A DNA stretch of 51,816 nucleotides from a virus (taxonomy: Duplodnaviria > Caudoviricetes). A model generated the notes under the pieces. That model searched no databases and had not been told where the DNA came from. It worked only from the letters and a program-made list of their open reading frames with translations. The position numbers and the translations under genes were made by a program. Positions 1 through 8,909 of the stretch are shown here, piece by piece. Where the stretch lies: the IMG/VR virus record IMGVR_UViG_3300005827_000005, positions 1 through 51,816 of that record; one strand, given 5' to 3'. Position 1 is the first letter of the stretch. Each line of letters opens with the position of its first letter.

Positions 1-230
1 AAAAAAAAAAAAAAAAAAAATTAAATCCCTCTATATATCTATATATATATTTATTTATATATTTATAGACACAAGTAAAGTAAGTAGATGAAATGATTAA
101 AAAAAGTTGAGTTTAAAAATGTGCCTGAAATTAAAGTGTGTCTGAGACACAAGTAATGTGGTCTAATAAAATCAACAAGTTACAACTTCAAAAATGAGGT
201 TGTGTCTGTGATTTTTGAGACACAAAATTT
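1..230. repeat. Right half of putative replication origin: poly-A/(TA)n core with AGACACA/TGTGTCT heptamer repeats
   Basis: A20 and TA runs at 1-66; AGACACA at 67-73, 145-151, 218-224; TGTGTCT at 137-143, 201-207; AGACACAAGTAA is identical at 67-78 and 145-156. Confidence 0.6.
170..182 (+). promoter_or_regulatory. IHF-consensus site
   Basis: AATCAACAAGTTA matches WATCAANNNNTTR and lies among the heptamer repeats. Confidence 0.45.
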
Positions 231-439
231 TTAGGTGTTTGAAAATTAAAAATTAAATTTTGGATGGATAGAAAAAAACTAGAATAGTGTTTTAAAATTT
301 TTTGTACTGGCGTAGCGTTAATTTTAAACTCTAAAACATAGTTAATAATAGCGTGATACCAGCGTAAAATACACATTGACTTTCATTTAGAAATCGACGA
401 TAAAAAATTGAAATATCGGAAAGGGAGAAATTAATTAAG

Positions 440-814
440 ATGATCGAAAAAAAAACAAATCACCTAACAAATTTGAGCAAAAAAGAAGCAAAAGAGAAAT
501 TCAAATTAATAGAATTTGACTTCTTAATAAGCAGCGATAAAACAACCATTGCTCGATATAAGAGCATTCCGCCAAAGTTTCAAACCAATTGGCTGAAATG
601 TTTTTTGGGATTAACAACTAACAAAAGAATGATGATCAAAGCAAAATGCTGCGAATGTGCTGGCTATGAGAATACAAAAGAAAATGTAGGTAACTGCGAT
701 ATTAAGACTTGTCCTTTATGGAATGCTAGACCATACAAGCAAAAAACAAAGGATTCTATAGTTGAAAAAGCATTTTCAAGAACTGCTAATATCGAAGAAT
801 TAGCTGGTTTTTAA
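440..814 (+). CDS. Cys-rich putative Zn-binding phage protein
   Basis: IKAKCCEC...C...CPLWNARP motif typical of a common phage hypothetical family; GGGAG RBS. Confidence 0.7.
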   Translation: MIEKKTNHLTNLSKKEAKEKFKLIEFDFLISSDKTTIARYKSIPPKFQTNWLKCFLGLTTNKRMMIKAKCCECAGYENTKENVGNCDIKTCPLWNARPYKQKTKDSIVEKAFSRTANIEELAGF

Positions 815-825
815 AGGAGAAAATA

Positions 826-1131
826 ATGAAAAACTTTGAATCTAGTGAAGTTAATACTATTTTATATTTTGGAATAAGAAATAATTTATTTAAAATAAGA
901 ACTAATTTATCGACAATGAATATAAACTCATATCAGGTTGGATTTTGTTTACCTTTTTGTTTTTATAATGTTTATAAAAAAGAATATTATTTTGCAACTG
1001 TGTTATTTATTGTATTTATTACTAATCTTTTTTCTTTAATAAAAGAAACAAAAGAAAACAAGAAGATGATAAAAGAAATTGAAGATAACTTAGGAATGGT
1101 TATAACTAATATAGAAAAAGGAAATATATGA
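826..1131 (+). CDS. Hypothetical membrane protein
   Basis: AGGAG RBS; two hydrophobic stretches. Confidence 0.7.
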   Translation: MKNFESSEVNTILYFGIRNNLFKIRTNLSTMNINSYQVGFCLPFCFYNVYKKEYYFATVLFIVFITNLFSLIKETKENKKMIKEIEDNLGMVITNIEKGNI

Positions 1132-1274
1132 AATACGTTTTTAATTTTGTAGTGAATTTTTTTATTGCGATTCCTTTTTTTACTTTAATGTTTATGTTTA
1201 TTCTTGTTTTTGATGATGGTATTTATAAAAAAAATTTATTTAAGTGTGGTGATGATGATTTCAAAATATTGTAA
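1128..1274 (+). CDS. Small membrane protein (48 aa, not in ORF track)
   Basis: ATGA overlap with the upstream stop; MKYVFNFVVNFFIAIPFFTLMFMFILVF hydrophobic segment. Confidence 0.55.
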   Translation: MKYVFNFVVNFFIAIPFFTLMFMFILVFDDGIYKKNLFKCGDDDFKIL

Positions 1275-1794
1275 TTACTGTAATAAAGAATTTTATATTA
1301 AATACAAAAGTGAAGAAAAAAGAAAATTCTGTTCTCAAAAATGTTGGGGTTTATTTTTAGTAGAGATTAAATACAATCATAAATACGAAGGAAAAACTGT
1401 TAGCGCTGTTGCTCTATGCCGAAAACTTAAATTAAACTATACATCAATCATGGGTAGAATTAAACGACATGGAATAGGTATTGAAGATGCTATAAAGAAT
1501 TTCAAACCAAAAAAAACGAGAAATAAAGTAGAAGTGATAGAACAAACTTGCTGCTATTGTAAAAGTAAATACAGAAGAAAAAAATATACGAATCATAAAA
1601 ATAATTATTGTAGTAGTAAATGCTACAGTAATTCTACAAAAAGACTTTTTGAATACAATGGATATCAATATAGTTATGCTGATATAGCTAAATTAATAGG
1701 AATGAGTGAATCTAATGTCAAACATAATATAAGAAAAGGATTTACTGTAGAGCAATTTATTTTAAAATACGGAGTAAAAAACAATGGGAACTAG
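1252..1794 (+). CDS. Zn-finger/HTH DNA-binding protein (homing-endonuclease-associated domains, no nuclease seen)
   Basis: Two CxxC...[FY]CSxxC fingers, each followed by a Y[EN]G...HTH-like module; start refined from 1204. Confidence 0.6.
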   Translation: MMISKYCNYCNKEFYIKYKSEEKRKFCSQKCWGLFLVEIKYNHKYEGKTVSAVALCRKLKLNYTSIMGRIKRHGIGIEDAIKNFKPKKTRNKVEVIEQTCCYCKSKYRRKKYTNHKNNYCSSKCYSNSTKRLFEYNGYQYSYADIAKLIGMSESNVKHNIRKGFTVEQFILKYGVKNNGN

Positions 1795-2242
1795 TACAAA
1801 TGCTTATTTATTTTTTGGAATTTTAATTGATGAATATGATGAATCTTTTGAAGAATTAAAAAACGATTGGGAAGAAAAATATGCTGCTAAGGTTGGGTTA
1901 GTTGATGATAGCGGACTATGGAATGATGACGGTGAGTATGCAATTCCTGAAGGAATTGAAAGAAAAAATGCTGAAGAAAATTGGAAAGTTTTTTTAAAAA
2001 GAAAACAAGATTTAATAGAAGAATTAGGAATTACTATAGACAGTCATTGTCATCGTGAATATCCTGAATATTTTGTGTGTATTTCAGATTCTTTTATTTC
2101 TGCTACTCGAGGAAATCCTGAAGTTATAAAATTCGATGAACTTAAAAAAACAGAAGATATTAATAAGCTAAAAGATTTTTGCGAATTAATGGGATTGAAA
2201 TACAAAGAACCTAAATGGTATCTAGCTAGTTTTTGGGGTTGA
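1784..2242 (+). CDS. Hypothetical acidic protein
   Basis: GGAG RBS, overlapping start, 152 aa. Confidence 0.75.
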   Translation: MGTSTNAYLFFGILIDEYDESFEELKNDWEEKYAAKVGLVDDSGLWNDDGEYAIPEGIERKNAEENWKVFLKRKQDLIEELGITIDSHCHREYPEYFVCISDSFISATRGNPEVIKFDELKKTEDINKLKDFCELMGLKYKEPKWYLASFWG

Positions 2243-2243
2243 T

Positions 2244-2465
2244 GTGGAAAATGTTTTAAGTAAAATAGAATTATTTTTAGCTGGAACAGAAGCAAAAAAT
2301 TACTCAGTTTGGCTGCAATACTCTAAGAAAGATGCATCGATTGCTTTTATGGCAAATACAGAATCAGAGGCTAGAAAGGTATATTATTACATGATAAGTA
2401 TTGGTTGTATTAATGGTGGTTATAAATACGGTCGCTGGATTTGCTTTAGGAAATTGACTGAATAA
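2244..2465 (+). CDS. Hypothetical protein
   Basis: GTG start right after the previous stop. Confidence 0.55.
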   Translation: MENVLSKIELFLAGTEAKNYSVWLQYSKKDASIAFMANTESEARKVYYYMISIGCINGGYKYGRWICFRKLTE

Positions 2466-2566
2466 TTAGAATTTAATAATAGAAACAATTGCTACGTACA
2501 AAATTTTCTATACTCTAACTCAAATTTGAGTTCAACAAATATTATAGTATTTACAACTACTTAAAA

Positions 2567-2607
2567 ATGTCATAGAAAGCTTTTGTTTAAACTGCTTTCT
2601 ATGACAT
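2567..2607. repeat. 14-bp perfect inverted repeat
   Basis: ATGTCATAGAAAGC ... GCTTTCTATGACAT. Confidence 0.85.
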
Positions 2608-2659
2608 ATCTTTGGATCACATTGAAATCATTGACAAATAAAAAATTTCTAAAGAAAGC

Positions 2660-2713
2660 TTGACAATATGACGAATAGTTATGTATAAGTTGTGTATCAA
2701 GAGTTCTTGATAC
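2660..2713 (+). promoter_or_regulatory. Sigma70-like promoter with palindromic operator at the start site
   Basis: TTGACA(2660)-18 bp-TATAAG(2684); GTATCAAGA-GT-TCTTGATAC at 2694-2713. Confidence 0.65.
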
Positions 2714-2732
2714 TAGAAATAAAAAATGGAGA

Positions 2733-2918
2733 ATGAAAATGAGTAAGACTATCGCACAAGTTATTTTTGAAATCGAAAAGATGCATCTATGTATGAGTAC
2801 AGCTGATAAATGCGCTGTTAGTACTGATCAAGATTTTGAAGAAGAATCAACTGTTTTTATTTTTGAAGACTCATCGAAAATAAAAATTTCAGGTAACGAT
2901 AAGGAATTAGTAGAATGA
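2733..2918 (+). CDS. Hypothetical early protein
   Basis: GGAG RBS downstream of the promoter. Confidence 0.7.
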   Translation: MKMSKTIAQVIFEIEKMHLCMSTADKCAVSTDQDFEEESTVFIFEDSSKIKISGNDKELVE

Positions 2919-3151
2919 GAACATCATTTTTAATTGATTATATAGACGGAAAAATTCTAGACGCTTGTAGTTTAGAATTAATAGCAACACGAGAAGTCTT
3001 TACGTGTGAGCGTTATAGTGTTGTTTTTGATATGATTATCATGACAGGGTATGAACGTTTTGTTTTTAAAGAACATAAATACGATTGTGATGAAGAAAAT
3101 GTAAAGACAACTTTAAGATTTTTGTACGGAAAAGAGATAAAGTTTTTTTAG
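2915..3151 (+). CDS. Hypothetical protein
   Basis: ATGA overlap. Confidence 0.65.
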   Translation: MRTSFLIDYIDGKILDACSLELIATREVFTCERYSVVFDMIIMTGYERFVFKEHKYDCDEENVKTTLRFLYGKEIKFF

Positions 3152-3161
3152 GAAAAATAAA

Positions 3162-3329
3162 ATGAAAAAAAAGACTGTAAAAAAAACTAGACATAATTTT
3201 AATATAAATCAAAATACACATGCGATCATGCAAGTAGAAGCGCAAGAGTTAGATTTGAGCGTGTCGAAACTTATTGAGTTATGTTTTTTGGATTGGTTTA
3301 AAAATAAGAAAGATAGGAAATTAATATGA
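3162..3329 (+). CDS. Ribbon-helix-helix-like DNA-binding protein (55 aa, not in ORF track)
   Basis: MKKKTVKKTRHNFNINQNTHAIMQVEAQELDLSVSKLIE fits the RHH pattern; AGGA RBS. Confidence 0.6.
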   Translation: MKKKTVKKTRHNFNINQNTHAIMQVEAQELDLSVSKLIELCFLDWFKNKKDRKLI

Positions 3330-3426
3330 GATTTTCGTAATTTATTACAATAAAATGAATTATTTTAATTAATGTTAGATTATTAATACCACACAAAACT
3401 TAAAAATTTTTATTCTTGGATTTATA

Positions 3427-3627
3427 ATGAAAAAGATTGATAAAGAATATATGCACAAAATGTTGTGTCATGTAGAAAATTTCAAAGATTTAAAGCAAGA
3501 ACATAAGGACATGTTATATAAAATATGTACTATATTAATTGACGCTGGTATACTTGATGAAAAAATTTTACATTCAGTAGCAAAAAGTATTATAGAAAAT
3601 ATTATTGAAAGTCATAATCATGAATGA
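3427..3627 (+). CDS. Hypothetical protein
   Basis: 66-aa ORF overlapping the next gene. Confidence 0.6.
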   Translation: MKKIDKEYMHKMLCHVENFKDLKQEHKDMLYKICTILIDAGILDEKILHSVAKSIIENIIESHNHE

Positions 3628-3928
3628 TTTGCAGAAAAAAATACTATCTTTGATGCAAAGAAATAAAAAGATTACTCATAAATCACTAGCAAAAAAACTA
3701 GGTGTTGATGTTGATTTAGTAGAGAAATCTTGTGAAGATGAATTTTTTATTATAGCAAAAGAAGATTTGCTTAAAACAAGCGATGAAATTTTTTATGAAA
3801 TAAATGATATAGCTATCAAGAGATTAAAGCTTCTTGTTAATAGTTCTGATAGCAAAATTTCTCTAGATGCAATTAAGGAATATAATAAGCTTATGCCAAA
3901 ATCTAATGATTTTCTTTGGCGCAAGTAA
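3620..3928 (+). CDS. HTH DNA-binding protein (AsnC-like N-terminus; possibly TerS-like)
   Basis: LQKKILSLMQRNKKITHKSLAKKLGV HTH followed by a helical C-terminus. Confidence 0.6.
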   Translation: MNDLQKKILSLMQRNKKITHKSLAKKLGVDVDLVEKSCEDEFFIIAKEDLLKTSDEIFYEINDIAIKRLKLLVNSSDSKISLDAIKEYNKLMPKSNDFLWRK

Positions 3929-4229
3929 TCTCTTTAAATCTTTCAACTTTCATTTCTACAAATTTTTCTACTGCTATTTTTTCTTCCATTGGTAATTGAT
4001 TGTAAACTCTTGTTATTACAATAATTACATCTGCTAGTTCTTCATGGAAATTATATAAATTTTCTTTCGTTTTTGAACCTAATTGCATTTTGATGATTGG
4101 CTTGATTAGTTCCGACATTTCTTCACAAAGTTTCAGCTTGGTATTTTCATGACTGAACATTTTATTTGCTTTTTTAACAAAAGCGTCTTCGCTTATATAA
4201 TCTATAATATCACCTAACAGTTTATGCAT
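3903..4229 (-). CDS. MazG-like nucleotide pyrophosphohydrolase
   Basis: EEMSEL ... EELADV (EExxE...ExxD) all-alpha NTP-PPase motifs. Confidence 0.8.
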   Translation of the reverse strand: MHKLLGDIIDYISEDAFVKKANKMFSHENTKLKLCEEMSELIKPIIKMQLGSKTKENLYNFHEELADVIIVITRVYNQLPMEEKIAVEKFVEMKVERFKEITCAKENH

Positions 4230-4241
4230 ATTGATTTTTTC

Positions 4242-4281
4242 CTGTTTACAAATGATTTAATTTATCTCATAATGTAAACAG
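4242..4281. promoter_or_regulatory. Divergent promoter region with inverted TGTAAACA boxes
   Basis: CTGTTTACA(4242-4250) and TGTAAACAG(4273-4281); TTTACA-17 bp-CATAAT. Confidence 0.55.
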
Positions 4282-4320
4282 AAATAAAAAAATGTCTACA
4301 ACTTTTTGAGAGAATAATAA

Positions 4321-4665
4321 ATGAACACGTCAAAAGCTCGTGGTGCCATATTGAATAAATCTTTTGAAAAATGGGGTAAAGGCTCTATTTCATATGGAAG
4401 TCTATACATAACGCTTTCATCTAGTGCGCTAGAAATTGCAAAGAATTTTTTTGAAGAATCACCGGAAGTAAGCCACGGTCATTATGAAATGTGGTGGTTT
4501 AACAATAATCATAGATTTGTTAATAGAGCAAAACAGCGTGAATTATTATTACTACATGAAATCATCGTTAAATTTATCACAGACTACGCACATGGGCGAA
4601 TAGCAAATGAACCAGCAGCAAACGAAAAAGAGAAGAAAACCAGAAACAAAAACATTGAGTTGTAG
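4321..4665 (+). CDS. Hypothetical protein
   Basis: 114-aa ORF after the promoter. Confidence 0.65.
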   Translation: MNTSKARGAILNKSFEKWGKGSISYGSLYITLSSSALEIAKNFFEESPEVSHGHYEMWWFNNNHRFVNRAKQRELLLLHEIIVKFITDYAHGRIANEPAANEKEKKTRNKNIEL

Positions 4666-4810
4666 AGTTACGATAACACAATTAGAAAAAATTGATGAGT
4701 ATTGTAAATCAACAGGATTAAATAGAAATGAATTTTTAAGAACTCTAGTTGAAAGTCTTTTCGATGAAGCCAAAAATAATCAAGAAGCAACAAACAGAAG
4801 TAGTATTTAA
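4607..4810 (+). CDS. CopG/RHH-family transcription regulator
   Basis: TLSCRVTITQLEKIDEYCKSTGLNRNEFLR RHH pattern. Confidence 0.7.
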   Translation: MNQQQTKKRRKPETKTLSCRVTITQLEKIDEYCKSTGLNRNEFLRTLVESLFDEAKNNQEATNRSSI

Positions 4811-5087
4811 TCAATCTGAATTTACCGCACACGTTTCAGGATTGCTTAGTAAATCTAGAAAAGAAGTTGAGCAGATATATTTAAATAAAGAAACCGATAT
4901 GCTTAGTGCTATTATGTCTGGTATTTTGTTGCGTGCAAGAGATGAGGCTTGTATCAATAGAATGGGATTTATTCTTGACAGATTGATCGGAAAATCTGAG
5001 ACTGTAATACCTGATAAAACAATTTTTACTGTTGAAATGTCTGATAACGGTAGATTTAAAACACTTAGACCTAGAGAAATAGCGTAG
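4764..5087 (+). CDS. Probable terminase small subunit
   Basis: Immediately upstream of TerL; helical with ILDRLIGK motif; start refined from 4749. Confidence 0.55.
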   Translation: MKPKIIKKQQTEVVFNQSEFTAHVSGLLSKSRKEVEQIYLNKETDMLSAIMSGILLRARDEACINRMGFILDRLIGKSETVIPDKTIFTVEMSDNGRFKTLRPREIA

Positions 5088-5094
5088 TGGTTTC

Positions 5095-6504
5095 ATGTCA
5101 AATGTTGTCGTTAGACTTCCTACACCACACGAAAAACAAAAAGAATTAGTTTTCTGGAAAGAAAAAAACCCGATCGCACAGGTTCTTGTTGCTCCTTGTG
5201 GTGTTAAAGTTGGTAAATCTTTTGGTTCAGCATTATGGCTTGCAATAGAAGCTATGATGTATCCTAATCTTTATTGTGTTTGGATAGCTCCCAGCTACAT
5301 GAAATCTAAAGTAGGATTTCGTTATATAAAATACATGTTACCTAATGTTAAAGGAATAAAAATAGTCGAATCACGGCTAGAAATAACATTGCCAAATGGT
5401 ACATTTATTAAATTTCTACACGGTAAAGATGCCGAGGCAACAATCGAAGGTGAGGCGGTAGATAGATTTGTTGTTGATGAAACTTCAAAACTAGAGCAAC
5501 AGCTTTGGTTTTCTTTGTTTACAACAATTTCTCAAACTGGTGGAATAGGAATCATTACAGGTTCTCCTAGGGGTTTTACGTGGTATTATGAACTATATCT
5601 AAAGGCTGTAAATGGTGACCCTTTCTTTTGTCATTTAACACTACGTTCTGTAGATTCTCCTTTTGTAAAAAGAGAAATAGTTGAACAAGCTCGAAAGATA
5701 ATGCCAAAGCATTTATTTGATCAGTATTACCTAGGTAAGTTTACATCTACATCAAGCGTATTCGGTGATATCGAAAATATGTTTGATGATCAATTAAAAT
5801 GTAATCCTGAAACAGTATTTTGGATTAATCCTGATAAAGAAAAAAGAAAAAAAGAAAGTATCACAGGATGGGATATTGCAAAGCATGTTGACTACTCGGT
5901 ATTCTACACGATTAGTTTAGACGGAGAATTAATAGGTTATTATCGTTTCAGAAAAGTAAAATATACTGATCAAGTTAAGAGATTGAAATCATATTTTGAG
6001 AAGTATTTTAATGAATCAGACAAGATGCTTAGATATGATAAAACTGGTGTCGGTAGTGCGATAGAAGATTTACTGTCAGAAGAAGATATAGATGCTTCTA
6101 TAACAGGTGTTGTTTTCTCTCAAGCCTCTAAACAAGAAATGGTTACAATTACAACCATGGCACTAGATTCCGGTTGGCACAAAGCACCACGAATTGAGCG
6201 TATTGCCCACGAATTTACAGCGTTAACAGTTAAAGTTACTAAGTCTGGATTATTTAGTTACTGCGCTCCTGATGGTGATCATGATGATGTTGTTATGGCT
6301 GCAATACTAGCAATTTCAGGTGGTTATAACATGCGAGATAGTGTTGATAATCAAGCGATAGATGAAGCGTTAGATTATGCAGAAGAAAATCAAGATTTAG
6401 AATTTTCGGAAGCAGCTAGAATTTTTTCTGGTGAAGATGATTTTGAAGATGATGAATCTTTTGAAGAAGAAGATGATGAAGTTTTTGATGATGTTTTTGA
6501 CTAA
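5095..6504 (+). CDS. terL: Terminase large subunit
   Basis: PHEKQ adenine-binding motif, GVKVGKS Walker A, FVVDE Walker B, GSP coupling motif, GWDIA/YDKTGVG/HDDVVMA nuclease motifs. Confidence 0.93.
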   Translation: MSNVVVRLPTPHEKQKELVFWKEKNPIAQVLVAPCGVKVGKSFGSALWLAIEAMMYPNLYCVWIAPSYMKSKVGFRYIKYMLPNVKGIKIVESRLEITLPNGTFIKFLHGKDAEATIEGEAVDRFVVDETSKLEQQLWFSLFTTISQTGGIGIITGSPRGFTWYYELYLKAVNGDPFFCHLTLRSVDSPFVKREIVEQARKIMPKHLFDQYYLGKFTSTSSVFGDIENMFDDQLKCNPETVFWINPDKEKRKKESITGWDIAKHVDYSVFYTISLDGELIGYYRFRKVKYTDQVKRLKSYFEKYFNESDKMLRYDKTGVGSAIEDLLSEEDIDASITGVVFSQASKQEMVTITTMALDSGWHKAPRIERIAHEFTALTVKVTKSGLFSYCAPDGDHDDVVMAAILAISGGYNMRDSVDNQAIDEALDYAEENQDLEFSEAARIFSGEDDFEDDESFEEEDDEVFDDVFD

Positions 6505-6662
6505 AAAACATCTCGCAGAGTACACCCAAAAAAAATAAGAATTAATAAATTTTTTTGACTGCGAGATTTTTGCATTGAATATTATTTTAATCGTTTTGTC
6601 AAACATGTTGATTTATTTTGTTTACAAGTTTATCATTAACAAAATTCAAAAGGTTACAAAAA

Positions 6663-8870
6663 ATGAATCTAAATCCGTTTAGAAGAAAAACAATTATTGC
6701 TTTGCCTGATGTGAAAAAGGAAGAACTTTTTGATCTAGCAGAAGGCCAAGGCGATGAGGCAATGCAGCTTAGAATTGGCAATGCAATTCAAAAGCAATTG
6801 GATGATTCTAGTTTTTTTCAGTATGCAGAAAATAATCAGGAAGGTAATTACTTTCAATCTGAGTTTAATATTATAGCAACATCGGCTAGAATAAAAACAA
6901 CATACGCAAAAGAACCTTGGATTGCAGCAACAACAAATTTAATAGCAAAAAGTTTATCATCACTACCAATGAAAGTAGTTTCTGCTACAGATGAAGATTT
7001 ACCAAATCACCCGCTAAATGATCAATTAAAATCTGCGAATGTTCTAGACGGTGAACTAATGCAGCAATGGAAATGCGATATCGATTTCCTATTAGGCGGC
7101 AATGCATACATTATTTTTGATGAAAAATATAGATCGAGTATAGTTGTACCTTGTGAAATGTGCACTATCGATATAAATGAACAAACTCAAATGCCACAAT
7201 ATTTGTGCGTTGGTTCTGGAAAAAGTTATAGAAGATTTCCTTGGCAGCAAGTAGTTCATTTTAAATTCCCAAATCCTTACAACATGTATTACGGACTTAG
7301 TTTATACACTGCTGCAAGTAGACCTATTCTTTTAGATCGATACAAAAATGAATTTGAAATGGCATTCTACTTAAGGGGTGCAACAAACGCTGGTATTATT
7401 GAAACTACTGATGAAGTAAATAAAACTAGAATGCAGCGTTTAATGAGAACGTTTGAAGCGGTTTACACAGGTCGTAGAAATTGGTGGAGAACTATCTTTT
7501 TGCCCAAGGGTGCTAAGTGGGTTCAATCAGGCATGAAAATGTCAGAGATGCAATACTTGGAAACCTTGCGAGAGAACAGATTATCTATTTTAGCTTGTCT
7601 CGGTGTGCCTCCAGCAAAAGTTGGTATCACAACTGATGTAAACAGAGCGACTTCAGAAACACAAGATAAAGACTATTGGGAAAATACGATTAAACCAATT
7701 GCAAATTTCAAGGCTGCATGTTGGAATAATTCCTATTTAGTTAGAGTTATCTATAAGGGAAAAGTTAAAATAGTTCCTGATTTTGATGCAATTGAAGCAA
7801 TTGCTGGCAGTATGATTACAAAAGGCGATAAAGCTAAATCAATGCAGCCTTTCTTTTGGATTGATGAAATTAGAGAAAAAATTTACAAAGAAAAACCTCT
7901 ACCAAATAATGCTGGTCAAAAATTTGTTTCGGAAGTTTCTGCTTCACCAACTCCGATACAAAACTCATTACAATTAGATGCTGGAACCGTTGTTGATCAA
8001 CCGATTGAAGATCAAGTAATTGTTTTGAGCGCAAAACAAGGTGTTGTTGGTGATCAAGATCAACTAGAGCAAAAGCTTTCTCCGATGTATTCATCAAAAA
8101 TAGAAGATTTAACAGATTATATTTTAGCAATTGTTGAAAATGCGCTTAGAAAAGAAATGAATATTCTTAGTGTTTTAAATACCTTAGAGAAAAAATTTGC
8201 AGAAAAATATATTAGGTCTGTTGAAAGAATTTTAGTTGTCGCATTGCAGCGAGGTTTTAGTTTAGCAGAAGGTCAAGCTAAACAATTACGTGATACGATA
8301 TCGAACAAAGCAACTTTTAATGCACGTGATCAGCAAGCTATTGATGCTTTGAGAGAAGAACAGTTAGACGGACAAAAAACTCAGCTGTTGAAAAGGTCTG
8401 TGGAAAACTTTTATAAGTTTAACAAAACAACTACTTCTAGGATTATGGATATCATCGCAAATGGTGTTGAGGATGGAAAAACTCAAGATCAAATTGCAGC
8501 GACTATTCGAGAAAATTACAAAGAAAAATACAAAGGACAATCGAACACGATTACTAGGACAGAAATACTCACTTCTGTTTCTCAAGGTATGAAGTGGAAT
8601 CACGATGTTCTTAAAGAAGTTTTCGATGATGTCAAAAAACAATGGTTTCACGTTGGAGATGCTGGAAGTAATCCTGATGCTAGAGATAATCATTTTGGGT
8701 TTGAACAACTAGGTGTTGTCGATAGTGATTATAAGTTTGGCGGTGTTTTGAGCTACCCTAGGGACAACTCTGCACCAGCGGACGAGGTAATTAATTGCCG
8801 CTGCTCAATGGTTTCAGTCATTCCAAAAGATGCTAAGTCACATGCTGATATCATACTAGACAAGGTTTAA
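6663..8870 (+). CDS. HK97-family portal fused to a MuF (SPP1 gp7-like) head morphogenesis domain
   Basis: Portal motifs LLGGNAY, VVHFK, YYGLS, LGVPP, EIRE; C-terminal ITRTE, ARDNH, INCRCS MuF motifs; start refined from 6618. Confidence 0.88.
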   Translation: MNLNPFRRKTIIALPDVKKEELFDLAEGQGDEAMQLRIGNAIQKQLDDSSFFQYAENNQEGNYFQSEFNIIATSARIKTTYAKEPWIAATTNLIAKSLSSLPMKVVSATDEDLPNHPLNDQLKSANVLDGELMQQWKCDIDFLLGGNAYIIFDEKYRSSIVVPCEMCTIDINEQTQMPQYLCVGSGKSYRRFPWQQVVHFKFPNPYNMYYGLSLYTAASRPILLDRYKNEFEMAFYLRGATNAGIIETTDEVNKTRMQRLMRTFEAVYTGRRNWWRTIFLPKGAKWVQSGMKMSEMQYLETLRENRLSILACLGVPPAKVGITTDVNRATSETQDKDYWENTIKPIANFKAACWNNSYLVRVIYKGKVKIVPDFDAIEAIAGSMITKGDKAKSMQPFFWIDEIREKIYKEKPLPNNAGQKFVSEVSASPTPIQNSLQLDAGTVVDQPIEDQVIVLSAKQGVVGDQDQLEQKLSPMYSSKIEDLTDYILAIVENALRKEMNILSVLNTLEKKFAEKYIRSVERILVVALQRGFSLAEGQAKQLRDTISNKATFNARDQQAIDALREEQLDGQKTQLLKRSVENFYKFNKTTTSRIMDIIANGVEDGKTQDQIAATIRENYKEKYKGQSNTITRTEILTSVSQGMKWNHDVLKEVFDDVKKQWFHVGDAGSNPDARDNHFGFEQLGVVDSDYKFGGVLSYPRDNSAPADEVINCRCSMVSVIPKDAKSHADIILDKV

Positions 8871-8895
8871 ATTTTATCGTAAAATTTTGTAAACA
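8857..8895 (+). promoter_or_regulatory. Putative promoter for protease and capsid genes
   Basis: TAGACA-17 bp-TAAAAT followed by TTTGTAAACA. Confidence 0.5.
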
Positions 8896-8909
8896 CAATA
8901 GGCGTAAAA

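Noticed and set aside
1-230. Mini CRISPR array, or terminal inverted repeats of a linear element
   Set aside because: The repeats are only 7-12 bp, in both orientations and irregularly spaced; the two ends share only short motifs
188-376. 62-aa minus-strand ORF
   Set aside because: No RBS or motif, and it overlaps the repeat-rich origin-like region; likely spurious
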